Shown one piece after another: positions 16,518 to 25,460 of a DNA stretch of 63,047 nt. The notes below the pieces were generated by a model. It ran no database searches. It worked only from the letters and a program-made list of their open reading frames with translations, and was not told the origin of the DNA. Each line of letters opens with the position of its first letter. Positions within the stretch are counted from its first letter, which is position 1. Origin of the DNA: Candidatus Methylomirabilota bacterium. Its GTDB lineage: Bacteria; Chloroflexota; Limnocylindria; QHBO01. The DNA is taken from positions 1 to 63,047 of the forward strand of contig DATJIJ010000110.1 of the NCBI GenBank assembly GCA_035493355.1, in the 5' to 3' direction. The translations under genes were made by a program, and so were the position numbers.

Positions 16518-19400
16518 TTATAGGACGACGATGTTCTTGACCAGGTACGAGGTCCGGGTGTCCGGGCCGATGATGGCGATCCGGAGCGTGTAGGTGCCGG
16601 GGGAGGCGCGCACGCCCGAGAACTTCCCATCCCACACCGAGCTGCGCAGCCCGGCGTCGACCGTCTGGTCGACGGCGACGTTCCGCAGCAGGGCGCCACC
16701 CGTGGTCAGCACCTGGAACGTGTACTTGGCTCTATCCCCTGCCAGCCAGGAGATGGTCGTCGTGTCGTCTGTCCCGTCGCCGTTCGGGCTGATACTCCCA
16801 GGCGCGAGGCCGGGGGCGGAGAGGATGTTGATCGGCATCGAAGCGAGGCCGACGCTCACCTTCCCGGCGGTGACCGTGAGCGGCGTGGACGATGATCCGT
16901 CCACCCGCCAGGCCGCGCCCCCCGTCACCGGCACGGAGGCGGTTGGGCTGGAGCCGATCGCGTAGAGCGCCTGGTTGATCCCGCTCCGACGGCTGATGAC
17001 CACACCCCGCACCCGCGGACCCGATTCCACCTGGACGTCGTCGAAGTAGGAGATCCCCGAGAGCTTGCCGATACCGCCCCGGAAGACGAAGATCGACTTC
17101 AGGGTGATTGGGTAGTCGAATGCCCCGTCGTTGTCGCCGCCCGAGTGGGTCCAGTTGATGTCGGCGCCGTCGCCATAGAGCACCAACCGCTGCCATGAAT
17201 GCTGAAGGCTGCCGACCGCGCCCTGGAACGTCTCACCGGTCGCATCCGCGATCTTGATGTAGACCGGATTGGCGGACGCGTCCCCATAGGCCCACACGGA
17301 GATGCTGGTGGGGCTCCCCGAGATCGCGAGGTTGCGCTTCAGCTCTACCCCGCTCGACGTCGGGGTGAAGTTGTAGGTGAGCTGCATCGAGCCGGTGCCG
17401 CTGTGGCGCGAGGCCGAGAGGGCGATCGAGGCCGAGCCGCCACCCAGCGGGGTCGCCGACCACCCGGCGATCGAATCGAGGCCGGCGACCGTCACACGAG
17501 ATGCGGCATTCGGTGACGCCGCCCCGGCGCTCGTGCCGCCGTCGAGGGCCTCGGCCACGCGTCGCAGGGCGCCGTACGCCGGCTTCTGGCGGCCGCCGAG
17601 CTCGACCAGCCCATAGTTGTCGAGGCGAGTGGTGGTGCTGTTGCCGTTCTCGATCAGCTCGTAGGCAAACACCCCGCGGATCCCAAGGCGTGCGGCCATG
17701 AGGTAGCCACGGGCGGTGTAATCGGCCTGCTTGGCCTCGGTCACACCGACGTACGAGCTGCCCGATCCGGTGTAGGTGGACCAGCCGAACTCGGTGATCC
17801 AGAGAGGCTTTTGCCCCTTGGTGTCGAGGTAGGCCCGGGCGTTTTCGAGCCAGGTCGCCATCATGCTCGACTCCGGCTGCACCGCGACGTAGGTGTGGAT
17901 CGCGAGCGCGTCGAAACTGCTCCACGCGCCTGCGGCCACGATCCCATCCATGAAGGCCTTGTCGAATCCAGCCGTGCCGCCGAGGACCACGGTCGCAGCC
18001 GGGTCCTCCGCCTTGATCGCCGCATACGCTGCCTTCAGCATCGCCGCATAGGCGGCTGCGGACGGGGCGGGCTTCCAGAAGATCGACGAGTTCTCCTCGT
18101 TCCAGATCTCCCAGACGTGGATGCGGTCCTTGTAGCGATGCACGACCGCCTTCGCGTAGGCGGCGTAGTCGGCGTTGCTGCTGGGTGCGTAGAAGGGTCG
18201 GTCGCCGGCGGGGGCCGACGCGGGCGCTGACGATGCCCACGAGGCGGAGAACTCGAGCCGCCCGAGGATGCTGACGTGGTGCGCACGCGCGACCTCGACC
18301 GCCTGATCGAACTTCGCCCACTCGAACCAGCCCTTGCGCGATTCGAGCCGGTTCCAGTCGAACGACTCCCGCGTCATCCGGATCCAGGCACCTTCCATGA
18401 GGCGCGCCTGCCGCTCGGCCTCTGCGCGGTCGACCGTGTTGACGGTCGTCAGATGCGAGTTGATCCCGACGATCGAGGCGGGGCTGGCCGACTCGTAGCG
18501 TGCCGGCAGGCCTGCCAGATATGGCAGGCCGTAGGTCCAGGTGTTGCCTGATCGAGTGATGGTCAGCTTGGCGCGGACGGAGCCACTCATCATGGCAGCG
18601 TTGTCGGCCTTGCCGTTCCATGCCCACGAGAGCTCGGCTGCGCCTCCCGCGGCGCTGCCGGAGAAGGTTCGGATCCGGGCCGACTCGTCCTTGAGCGTGA
18701 GCGTGACGCTACCGGCCTCGGCTGGCCCGACCCGTACGGTCGTCGACTGCCCAGCCGATGGCACGAAGATCGGGGTCAAGGCGCGGAGCGGTGACCACGG
18801 TTCGTAGCTGTAGACGATGTTGTCGACAGTGATATCGGAGACTGTCTTGGTCCCGCCCGGGTTCTTGCCGAGGACGAACTTGTAGAGCTGGATCGGCAGG
18901 TCGAGGATCCCATCGCCATTGCCGGACTGGGTGGTGGCCGGCGCCACCTTTCCCGGCTCGATCGTCATCGTCTGCCAGCCGGTGAAGCTGACGTTCCCCA
19001 CCCAGTACAGGAAGATCTCGCCGCTCGAGTCGCGGAGCTGGAGGTAGACGACGTTCCAGCTGCCGTCGCCATGGACGTCGACCGAGATCGAGCGCGGCAA
19101 TCCCGGCAGCTCGACGGCGTGCGTGCTCTGCTTCGGCGAAAGGTAGACCTGCGTCGCGCTCGTGAAGTCGTAGTCGATCTGCATCGCGGCCGAGCCCTGG
19201 CTCTTCGGCGACGTGACCGAGGTGATCGTCCCCGGGCCGCTGGCCACGAACCAGTCCGTCAGCGAGGTGTCGTACGACTCGATCATCGTCGTCGTCACCG
19301 GCGGCGAGGCGGCCGCAGGCGTCGCCTGGGCGCCGAGCGCCAGACCGGCGACCAGTAGCGTGAGGAGATAGCGGCGCACACGGGCGCCCGTGACGGACAT
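16518..19400 (-). CDS. secreted clan GH-A glycoside hydrolase (PslG/GH39-GH5-like) with duplicated CBM-like modules and a C-terminal FlgD-Ig-like domain
   Basis: Signal peptide MSVTGARVRRYLLTLLVAGLALGAQATPAAA. The acid/base motif is HVWEIWNEEN and the nucleophile motif is PLWITEFGWS. Two related roughly 150-aa beta-sandwich modules are present (GSAAMQIDYDFTSATQVYL / GTGSMQLTYNFTPTSSGVEL). The C-terminus reads GDGTDDTTTISW ... VWDGK ... PGTYTLRI. Confidence 0.75.
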   Translation of the reverse strand: MSVTGARVRRYLLTLLVAGLALGAQATPAAASPPVTTTMIESYDTSLTDWFVASGPGTITSVTSPKSQGSAAMQIDYDFTSATQVYLSPKQSTHAVELPGLPRSISVDVHGDGSWNVVYLQLRDSSGEIFLYWVGNVSFTGWQTMTIEPGKVAPATTQSGNGDGILDLPIQLYKFVLGKNPGGTKTVSDITVDNIVYSYEPWSPLRALTPIFVPSAGQSTTVRVGPAEAGSVTLTLKDESARIRTFSGSAAGGAAELSWAWNGKADNAAMMSGSVRAKLTITRSGNTWTYGLPYLAGLPARYESASPASIVGINSHLTTVNTVDRAEAERQARLMEGAWIRMTRESFDWNRLESRKGWFEWAKFDQAVEVARAHHVSILGRLEFSASWASSAPASAPAGDRPFYAPSSNADYAAYAKAVVHRYKDRIHVWEIWNEENSSIFWKPAPSAAAYAAMLKAAYAAIKAEDPAATVVLGGTAGFDKAFMDGIVAAGAWSSFDALAIHTYVAVQPESSMMATWLENARAYLDTKGQKPLWITEFGWSTYTGSGSSYVGVTEAKQADYTARGYLMAARLGIRGVFAYELIENGNSTTTRLDNYGLVELGGRQKPAYGALRRVAEALDGGTSAGAASPNAASRVTVAGLDSIAGWSATPLGGGSASIALSASRHSGTGSMQLTYNFTPTSSGVELKRNLAISGSPTSISVWAYGDASANPVYIKIADATGETFQGAVGSLQHSWQRLVLYGDGADINWTHSGGDNDGAFDYPITLKSIFVFRGGIGKLSGISYFDDVQVESGPRVRGVVISRRSGINQALYAIGSSPTASVPVTGGAAWRVDGSSSTPLTVTAGKVSVGLASMPINILSAPGLAPGSISPNGDGTDDTTTISWLAGDRAKYTFQVLTTGGALLRNVAVDQTVDAGLRSSVWDGKFSGVRASPGTYTLRIAIIGPDTRTSYLVKNIVVL

Positions 19401-19442
19401 TTGAGATGAAGGTTCGCGCGCGCGAGCCCGAAGGGCGATGGG

Positions 19443-20444
19443 CTATTCGTACCGGGAACGCTGGTCCCCTGACGGGCCTGGGCGTGCCAGCAGGACGGAA
19501 GCGGAGAGGACCAGCGCCCGGCGCGCGGCCTTGCGCATCCGCAGGGAGTCCCTCGCTTGCCGGGCGGCCGCGACTCTCCCTCGTGGGAGCCCACGGACGC
19601 CCAGGCCGATCGCCATGCACAGCAGGCCCACGCTTCGGCTGACGCGAGAGCGCCCTCGGCGTGCCAGGAAATCCTCGATCCCGTCGACCCAGCGCGTGCC
19701 CCCCGGGGCCTGACTGCCACCGATGGCGTGATGCGCCCGAGCGGACGGAGCCAGACCTACCGACCAGCCGCGCTCGAGGAGGCGGGCGCACAGGTCCGTA
19801 TCCTCGCCATACAGAAAGATGCTCTCGTCGAACCCGCCGATCTCCCTGATCGCCGCGGGGCGCAGGAGCGCGACTGCGCCGCTGATCCATTCGACGCTGC
19901 GCGTCGCCGTTCGGGTGGAGGGGCGGAGCATCCAGCCGCGCCAGGCGCCGCCCCGATCGTCGGGGATGAGCCGGTTCAGGAAGAGGAAGTGGCTGGCGAG
20001 GGAGCGAAGGCCGGGGAGCATTCCCGCGCTCTCGGCGCCGCCGATGCCCGCGCCCGAGATGGACGGTCCAACGGCGGCCAGCCGAGCATTCGCGGTAATC
20101 GCCGCGTGGAGCGCGGCAACCGTCCCGTCGTCGAGTCGTGCATCGGGGTTCAGCAGCAGCCACCACTCGCCGCGGGCCATCGCGAAGGCCTGGTTGTTGG
20201 CGGCGCCGAACCCCCGGTTCTCGGCGTTGCGCATGACGGTGGCGGCGGGGAATGCCGCGGCGGCGACATCGGCCGCTCCATCGGTCGAGGCGTTGTCCAC
20301 CACGATGAGCTCGGTCGCGACGCCCGCTCCATCCGCGGAATCCACTGCCGACCGCAGGCAGTCGACGACGTCACCACGACTCTGATAGGTGACGCAGATG
20401 ACAGTAAGCCCGACGGCAGCTCCGTTCGGCTTGGTTGCGCTCAC
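19443..20444 (-). CDS. glycosyltransferase family 2
   Basis: ORF 19443..20960 trimmed to GTG 20442-20444 (GTGA overlap with the upstream stop). Motifs: LTVICVTYQSRGDV ... LIVVDNASTDG ... NRGFGAANNQA. Confidence 0.85.
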   Translation of the reverse strand: MSATKPNGAAVGLTVICVTYQSRGDVVDCLRSAVDSADGAGVATELIVVDNASTDGAADVAAAAFPAATVMRNAENRGFGAANNQAFAMARGEWWLLLNPDARLDDGTVAALHAAITANARLAAVGPSISGAGIGGAESAGMLPGLRSLASHFLFLNRLIPDDRGGAWRGWMLRPSTRTATRSVEWISGAVALLRPAAIREIGGFDESIFLYGEDTDLCARLLERGWSVGLAPSARAHHAIGGSQAPGGTRWVDGIEDFLARRGRSRVSRSVGLLCMAIGLGVRGLPRGRVAAARQARDSLRMRKAARRALVLSASVLLARPGPSGDQRSRYE

Positions 20445-21586
20445 CGCCCGAGGTCCCGGTAGACCGCCACCACACCCTCGACCATCCGCTCGACCGAGAA
20501 TTCCGCGGCCACGCGGGCGCGTGCGGCCTCCCCGAGCCGTTCCATGCGTCGTGGCTCGGCCAGCAGCGCCGAGATGGCATCGGCCAGTGCCCCCGTGTCG
20601 CCGGGAGGCACGAGGACCCCGCTCACGCCATTCTCGACCATCTCGGGCACGCCACCGCCGGAGGCGGCCACGACCGCGCAGCCCGCCCGCATCGCCTCGA
20701 GGACCACGGTCGGGAACGGATCCGGCCAGGTCGACGGAACGGCGACCACGTCTGCCGCGTCGCACACGGCTGCGCCATCGGCGATAAACCCGGGTGTCAG
20801 CACGCGATCGGTCAGGCCAGCTGCGGCGAGGCGTTCCTGGAGATCCCGGGTCCGCCACTCCTCGCCGGGCGGCGGGTCGCCCGCCACCACGAACCGCGCA
20901 GCCGGGAATGCGGGAGCGACCTGCGCCAGGGCCCGCACGAAGAGGTCGTACCCCTTCCATCGGTTGAGCCGGCCGATGTAGGCAACCAGCGGCCCGTCAC
21001 CCGACAGCGCGGCAAGCGGTGCGGGCTCGCGCGGCGGGATGCCGTTGCGGACCGTCACGATCCGGCCGGCGCGCAGCCCCCATTGCGTCAGGTGTCGGCG
21101 CACGGCATCGCTCACGCAGATGACGCGATCGGCGGTCAGGACCGGCGCGAGGCGCAGCAGCCAGGCGATCGGCCGTGGCCGGACCACGATCTCGTGGACG
21201 TGCCACGCCATGCGGCAGCCGCCCGGGCGTCCGAGGATGGCGGCGACCAGCAGCGCGGTCGTGTTGACGTGGACGATCTGCGCGTGGAGGGCCCGCACCC
21301 GCCGGCGAAGATGGCGGCGCGCGGCGATGAGCGCGCGCAGGTAGGCGGGCAGGCCGGCAAGCCGCAGATAGCGACGTCGGGCCGGCGCGAGCGGCCCGCG
21401 CTCGAAGGCAATCCCCTCTGCGGCGAGCTGCGAGCTGAGCCAGCCGGGCGGTAGGTCGTCCGCAAGGATGACCGCCACCCGCTGCCCGCGGTCCCGGAGT
21501 GCCAGGACGAGGCTGAGCAGGACCCGGTCGGCGCCATACGCCTCGTCGGAGGCATGCAGGAAGAGGACGTCGACCGGCTGGCTCAT
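20441..21586 (-). CDS. glycosyltransferase family 4 (GT-B)
   Basis: Trimmed to ATG 21584-21586 (MSQPVDVLFLHASDEAYGADRVLL), an ATGA overlap with the Wzx stop. C-terminal motif: PSTWPDPFPTVVLEAMRAGCAVVAASGGGVPEMV. Confidence 0.85.
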   Translation of the reverse strand: MSQPVDVLFLHASDEAYGADRVLLSLVLALRDRGQRVAVILADDLPPGWLSSQLAAEGIAFERGPLAPARRRYLRLAGLPAYLRALIAARRHLRRRVRALHAQIVHVNTTALLVAAILGRPGGCRMAWHVHEIVVRPRPIAWLLRLAPVLTADRVICVSDAVRRHLTQWGLRAGRIVTVRNGIPPREPAPLAALSGDGPLVAYIGRLNRWKGYDLFVRALAQVAPAFPAARFVVAGDPPPGEEWRTRDLQERLAAAGLTDRVLTPGFIADGAAVCDAADVVAVPSTWPDPFPTVVLEAMRAGCAVVAASGGGVPEMVENGVSGVLVPPGDTGALADAISALLAEPRRMERLGEAARARVAAEFSVERMVEGVVAVYRDLGR

Positions 21587-23043
21587 CCGCCGGCGAGCCG
21601 GGAGCGCTGCCAAGCGCCAAGCATCGGCCGTCCGGGCCCGATGAGCGCAACCAGCCCGTAGGCGACGAGGCCCGTCGCACCGGCCAGCAGCGGCGCCCAC
21701 GGCTCCGGCGCCGCCGCCCGCACCGCCAGTCCGGCCAGCGCGCCGATCGTCGAGGCAGCCGCCAGGCCGATCATCGCCGTGGGGTCCATTCCGACCGACC
21801 CGAACTGGCGGCGAACGAAGAGCGCATAGAGCGCCCCTACCGCCAGCGCAGCAGCAATGGCTCCCCCGACAGTGGCCACCAGCCCGAACGCCGGAATCGC
21901 AAGGAGGTTGATGCCGATCACCAGCGCCAGCGCCGTGGCGGCCGCCGCGACGCGCTTTCCCTGCGCGTCCGCACTCGTGAGCGCGACGCCGTAGAGGTAG
22001 CCGAGGTAGCGGATCGGCACCGCGAGCGACAGCGCGGCGAGAACCCAGCCCGTCTCGGGCGGGGTGTCGAAGAGGGCCGGCAGCAGCCGATCACCGGTGG
22101 AGACGAGCACCGCCGGGACCGCCCCGCCGATCAGCAGCAGGCCGCGCCCCACCTGCCCGAGCAGCGGCGCCACCCGCTCGGGCTCGTGGACGAACCGCCG
22201 CGCAAGCTCCGGGAAGGCGCCTCGCGCAGCCGCCTCCGGGACGTACTCGAACGACGCGATGAGGCGGGTAGCAGCGAAGTAGGAGCCGGCCGCCGCCAGC
22301 CCGCCTGGGATCAGCAGGCCGACGATTACGGTGTCGACGCGGGTGTAGGCGATCCCGAGCACCGCGAATGCCGCGAAGGGCGGAGACTGGCCAGCGAGGC
22401 GGCGAAACTCGGTGCCGGTGGGGAGTCCCATCGAGACGCGGCCGATGAGGGCCACGAGGGCGAAGCCCGCGAGCGCCGAGCTCACCAGGACGGCGACACC
22501 GGCGCCGAAGATCACGGCGCTCGGGAGGTCGGGGCGCAGGGCGAGCAGCCCGGTCACGACGCCGACCCAGGCAAGGTTCTCGACCACGATGTGCGCGGCG
22601 CTGACGCCGAATCGCTGGCGAGCCATGAAGACGGCCCGGGTCAGCTCGGCGAACGACTGGATCGCGATTCCGGTCGCGACCAGGAGGATCGTCGGCGCCG
22701 CGTCTCCCCCGATGGCGAGCGCCACCACCGCGGCGACCATGATCGCCACGCTGAGCGTCACCAGTCGGAGGAGCGACATGCCGATCAGCAGCGGGCCGGC
22801 GCGCCCTGGCTCCCGCGCCGCCTCCCGGACGAGGAGCGAGATCGCGCCGAGGTCGGAGAGGGCGCCGGCGATGGAGCCGATCGCAAAGCCGAGCGCGACG
22901 GCTCCGAGCTCCACGTCGCCCCGCAGCCGCCCGACGAGCGCCAGCACGACCAGCGTGGTACCGGCTGAGATGATGCGCCCGACCAGCAGGATCGCGGTCC
23001 GACGCGGCATCGATGGGCCGGGGCCGTAGGGTGCCGGCGTCAT
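21583..23043 (-). CDS. Wzx-type oligosaccharide flippase (MOP/polysaccharide biosynthesis protein family)
   Basis: About 14 TM spans and Polysacc_synt-like N-terminus RRTAILLVGRIISAGTTLVVLALVGR. Start taken at ATG 23041-23043, 5 nt after the upstream stop. Confidence 0.75.
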   Translation of the reverse strand: MTPAPYGPGPSMPRRTAILLVGRIISAGTTLVVLALVGRLRGDVELGAVALGFAIGSIAGALSDLGAISLLVREAAREPGRAGPLLIGMSLLRLVTLSVAIMVAAVVALAIGGDAAPTILLVATGIAIQSFAELTRAVFMARQRFGVSAAHIVVENLAWVGVVTGLLALRPDLPSAVIFGAGVAVLVSSALAGFALVALIGRVSMGLPTGTEFRRLAGQSPPFAAFAVLGIAYTRVDTVIVGLLIPGGLAAAGSYFAATRLIASFEYVPEAAARGAFPELARRFVHEPERVAPLLGQVGRGLLLIGGAVPAVLVSTGDRLLPALFDTPPETGWVLAALSLAVPIRYLGYLYGVALTSADAQGKRVAAAATALALVIGINLLAIPAFGLVATVGGAIAAALAVGALYALFVRRQFGSVGMDPTAMIGLAAASTIGALAGLAVRAAAPEPWAPLLAGATGLVAYGLVALIGPGRPMLGAWQRSRLAGG

Positions 23044-23047
23044 TGGC

Positions 23048-23863
23048 TCACGCCGTGGTCCATGAGTCGGAGTGCAGGATGCGAACCGCGTTGGCCAGCT
23101 GCTTCGCGGCAAGGGTACCCGCGAAGACCCCGGCGAGCACGGGGAGCACCAGCGGCCGCGCCGCCCCGCCGAGTGCCATGCGACCCCCGTCGGCCAGCAG
23201 GGCGAGGCAGAAGAGATTCATCGAAGCCGGGTAGTTCCAGAGAAAGGCCACCCGCCGGTAGAGCCAGTAGAGGATCGTCATTGGCGAGGCGCCGGCAGGG
23301 AGCGGGGACGCATCGATCCGCCCGTGGGAGAGGTCGGCCGCGGCCGGCCGTCGGCCGGTCACGTTGAGCCGAGCCTGGTCGCCGAATGGCGACGCGAAGG
23401 CGACCCCGAGCAGCGCCAATGCGGCTGCCCACGGCGCGAAGTCGCTCTCGACCATCAGCGCGTAGCCGGCCGCGCCGTAGAGCGCCCGGTTCTGGATGAA
23501 GTGGCCGGCGAGGTCCAGGTAGGTGCCGCGCAGGCCGGAGGTACCGCGGACCCGGGCCACCTCGCCGTCCACGACGTCGAGCAGGTATGCCAGCTGGAGG
23601 AGGAGGACGGCGACGAGGTAGGCCGTGGCGCTCGCCGGGACGATCGCCAGCCCGCCGGCGACCCCGGCCGTGATGGAGAGCGCAGTCACGGCATCGGCCG
23701 GCAGTGCCGTGAAGCGGGTGATCGCGAACGTGACGTACGGAGAGATGCGCCGGATGGCGAGCCGCGCGTAGGTGGGGTCGGCGAGGAGGTGGCGATCGTT
23801 CTGGCCGGCGTCCCGTACCTGCGCCAGGGTTCGCGGCCTGGCGGGCCGCGTCTGGTCAGCCAT
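23048..23863 (-). CDS. CDP-alcohol phosphotransferase family membrane protein (paralogue A)
   Basis: Family signature DVVDGEVARVRGTSGLRGTYLDLAGH = D-x2-D-G-x2-A-R-x8-G-x3-D-x3-H, with His in place of the final Asp. Multi-TM. 8-nt overlap with paralogue B. Confidence 0.8.
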   Translation of the reverse strand: MADQTRPARPRTLAQVRDAGQNDRHLLADPTYARLAIRRISPYVTFAITRFTALPADAVTALSITAGVAGGLAIVPASATAYLVAVLLLQLAYLLDVVDGEVARVRGTSGLRGTYLDLAGHFIQNRALYGAAGYALMVESDFAPWAAALALLGVAFASPFGDQARLNVTGRRPAAADLSHGRIDASPLPAGASPMTILYWLYRRVAFLWNYPASMNLFCLALLADGGRMALGGAARPLVLPVLAGVFAGTLAAKQLANAVRILHSDSWTTA

Positions 23864-24728
23864 CGGCGTCTGCTCGACCGTCGGCGTCGCGTCTCGCTTC
23901 GACCATGCGGATCAGCGCGTGATTACGGCGCGCGCTCAGCATCAGGTGGGCCGGGAACGCCAGCGCCCACAGGCCCAGCAGCACGCCGCGGGCGGAAGGG
24001 GCCGCGGGGAGCGTCAGCGCCAGCAATATGTCGAGCAGCACCGCCAGGGTGACGAGGTGGACGCTGCCGGGATAGATGAGCACCTCCCCGATGAGCGAGC
24101 GGAGCGAACGACCGTGGGCGCGACCGGCGATCCCCCCGCGGTCCTCGACCGCCATCGAGGCGACACCGGCCGCGGCGACGTCACTGGGACGGGCGTCGTC
24201 CCGTAACGCCGCCTGGAACGGCGCACTGTTCGCCAGCGAGGGGTCCTCCCGCTGCATCGCGATGAGCACATGCTCCTTGCAGGAGAAGGTGAAGGCGGCG
24301 AGCTCGATCGCCGCAACCGCGCCGAGCGGCAGGTACGCGAACTGCTGGGCCGACCACGCGAGGCTGGCCGACACGCCGAGCGCGGTGAGCACCGGGACGT
24401 AGAAGTGCGTCAGCCAGTCGAGGTACGAACCGGCCACCGAGCTCCGACCCGTGAACCGGGCCACCTGCCCGTCTGAGAAGTCGAGGATGTAGCCGATCTG
24501 GAGTGCCGCGACCGCCGCAGCCGACCACCATCCCAGCGGCAGGAAGAGGATGCCTGCCCCGGTCGCACCAAAGGCCGCACCGAGCAGGGTGACCTGGTCC
24601 GGGCTGAGGCCAAGCTTGAGGCAAACGAGGGTGAAGTACGGCGACAGATGGGCGCCGTACAGTCGGTTGAGCGCGAATTCCTGCTCCGGCCGCTTCCGGG
24701 CGACCTCGAGCACGCGCTGCAGCGTCAC
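23856..24728 (-). CDS. CDP-alcohol phosphotransferase family membrane protein (paralogue B)
   Basis: Trimmed to GTG 24726-24728 (GTGA overlap). Signature DFSDGQVARFTGRSSVAGSYLDWLTH, again ending in His instead of Asp. Confidence 0.8.
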   Translation of the reverse strand: MTLQRVLEVARKRPEQEFALNRLYGAHLSPYFTLVCLKLGLSPDQVTLLGAAFGATGAGILFLPLGWWSAAAVAALQIGYILDFSDGQVARFTGRSSVAGSYLDWLTHFYVPVLTALGVSASLAWSAQQFAYLPLGAVAAIELAAFTFSCKEHVLIAMQREDPSLANSAPFQAALRDDARPSDVAAAGVASMAVEDRGGIAGRAHGRSLRSLIGEVLIYPGSVHLVTLAVLLDILLALTLPAAPSARGVLLGLWALAFPAHLMLSARRNHALIRMVEARRDADGRADADG

Positions 24729-25450
24729 GGACGAAGCCTCGGCAGGAGGCTGCGGGCGAGCGCCAGGTCGGCCGGGAAGTCGATCTCCGTCCATGCGCGC
24801 CCGGCGGTCGGAATGGCGCGTACCTTCAGCCCGGCCTCGATGGCTCGATTCACGGCTGCCTCGAAGTAGGACGCGAGCCCGCCCGCTGCCAGCTCGGCAT
24901 CCATGCCCTCTACGATGCGCGAGACCGCAGCCGCGCGAAAGATGCCGACCCCGATGAACTCGCCAGCGGTCTCAGCCGGAAGCAGCTCCTTTGACAGCCT
25001 GAGGACCCGATCGCCGTCGAGGGCGGCCTTCATCTGCTCCGGCTCGCACTCGCGAACGTCGATGGGCAGGGCGGCGTCGGCGTCGCTGGTGATGAGGTCA
25101 TCAAGAACGCTCGGCTCGAAGACGGTATCGGCGTGGAGGTAGACGAAGTCGTCGGAAAGGTGCTTTCGCGCCATCCACGCTGAGCCGATCACGTTTGTCA
25201 CCGACCAGAAGGGGTTCCAGACGAATGCGGCCGTCATCGGCGTGCGCAGGCGGGCGCTCACCGCCGCTTCGACCTGTCCCCGCTCATAGCCCGTCACCAC
25301 CACGACCCGCTCCACGCCGCGGCTGGCGAGCAGGTCGAGCTGCAGCTCGAGCGGCGAGATTCCGCCCAGGTCGACAAGCGACTTCGGCCGTCCCTCCGTC
25401 TCGGCGCCGAGTCGCGACCCTCGGCCGGCGGCCATGATCAGTGCATCCAC
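24725..25450 (-). CDS. small nucleotidyltransferase, LicC / IPCT-like (phospho-alcohol cytidylyltransferase type)
   Basis: Trimmed to GTG 25448-25450. N-terminal VDALIMAAGRGSRLG...PKSLV (the G-x-G-x-R-L nucleotide loop). About 240 aa, with the C-terminal W-x-E-I-D motif (RAWTEIDFPADL) as in LicC-type enzymes. Confidence 0.7.
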   Translation of the reverse strand: MDALIMAAGRGSRLGAETEGRPKSLVDLGGISPLELQLDLLASRGVERVVVVTGYERGQVEAAVSARLRTPMTAAFVWNPFWSVTNVIGSAWMARKHLSDDFVYLHADTVFEPSVLDDLITSDADAALPIDVRECEPEQMKAALDGDRVLRLSKELLPAETAGEFIGVGIFRAAAVSRIVEGMDAELAAGGLASYFEAAVNRAIEAGLKVRAIPTAGRAWTEIDFPADLALARSLLPRLRP

Positions 25451-25460
25451 GGACCCCTCC

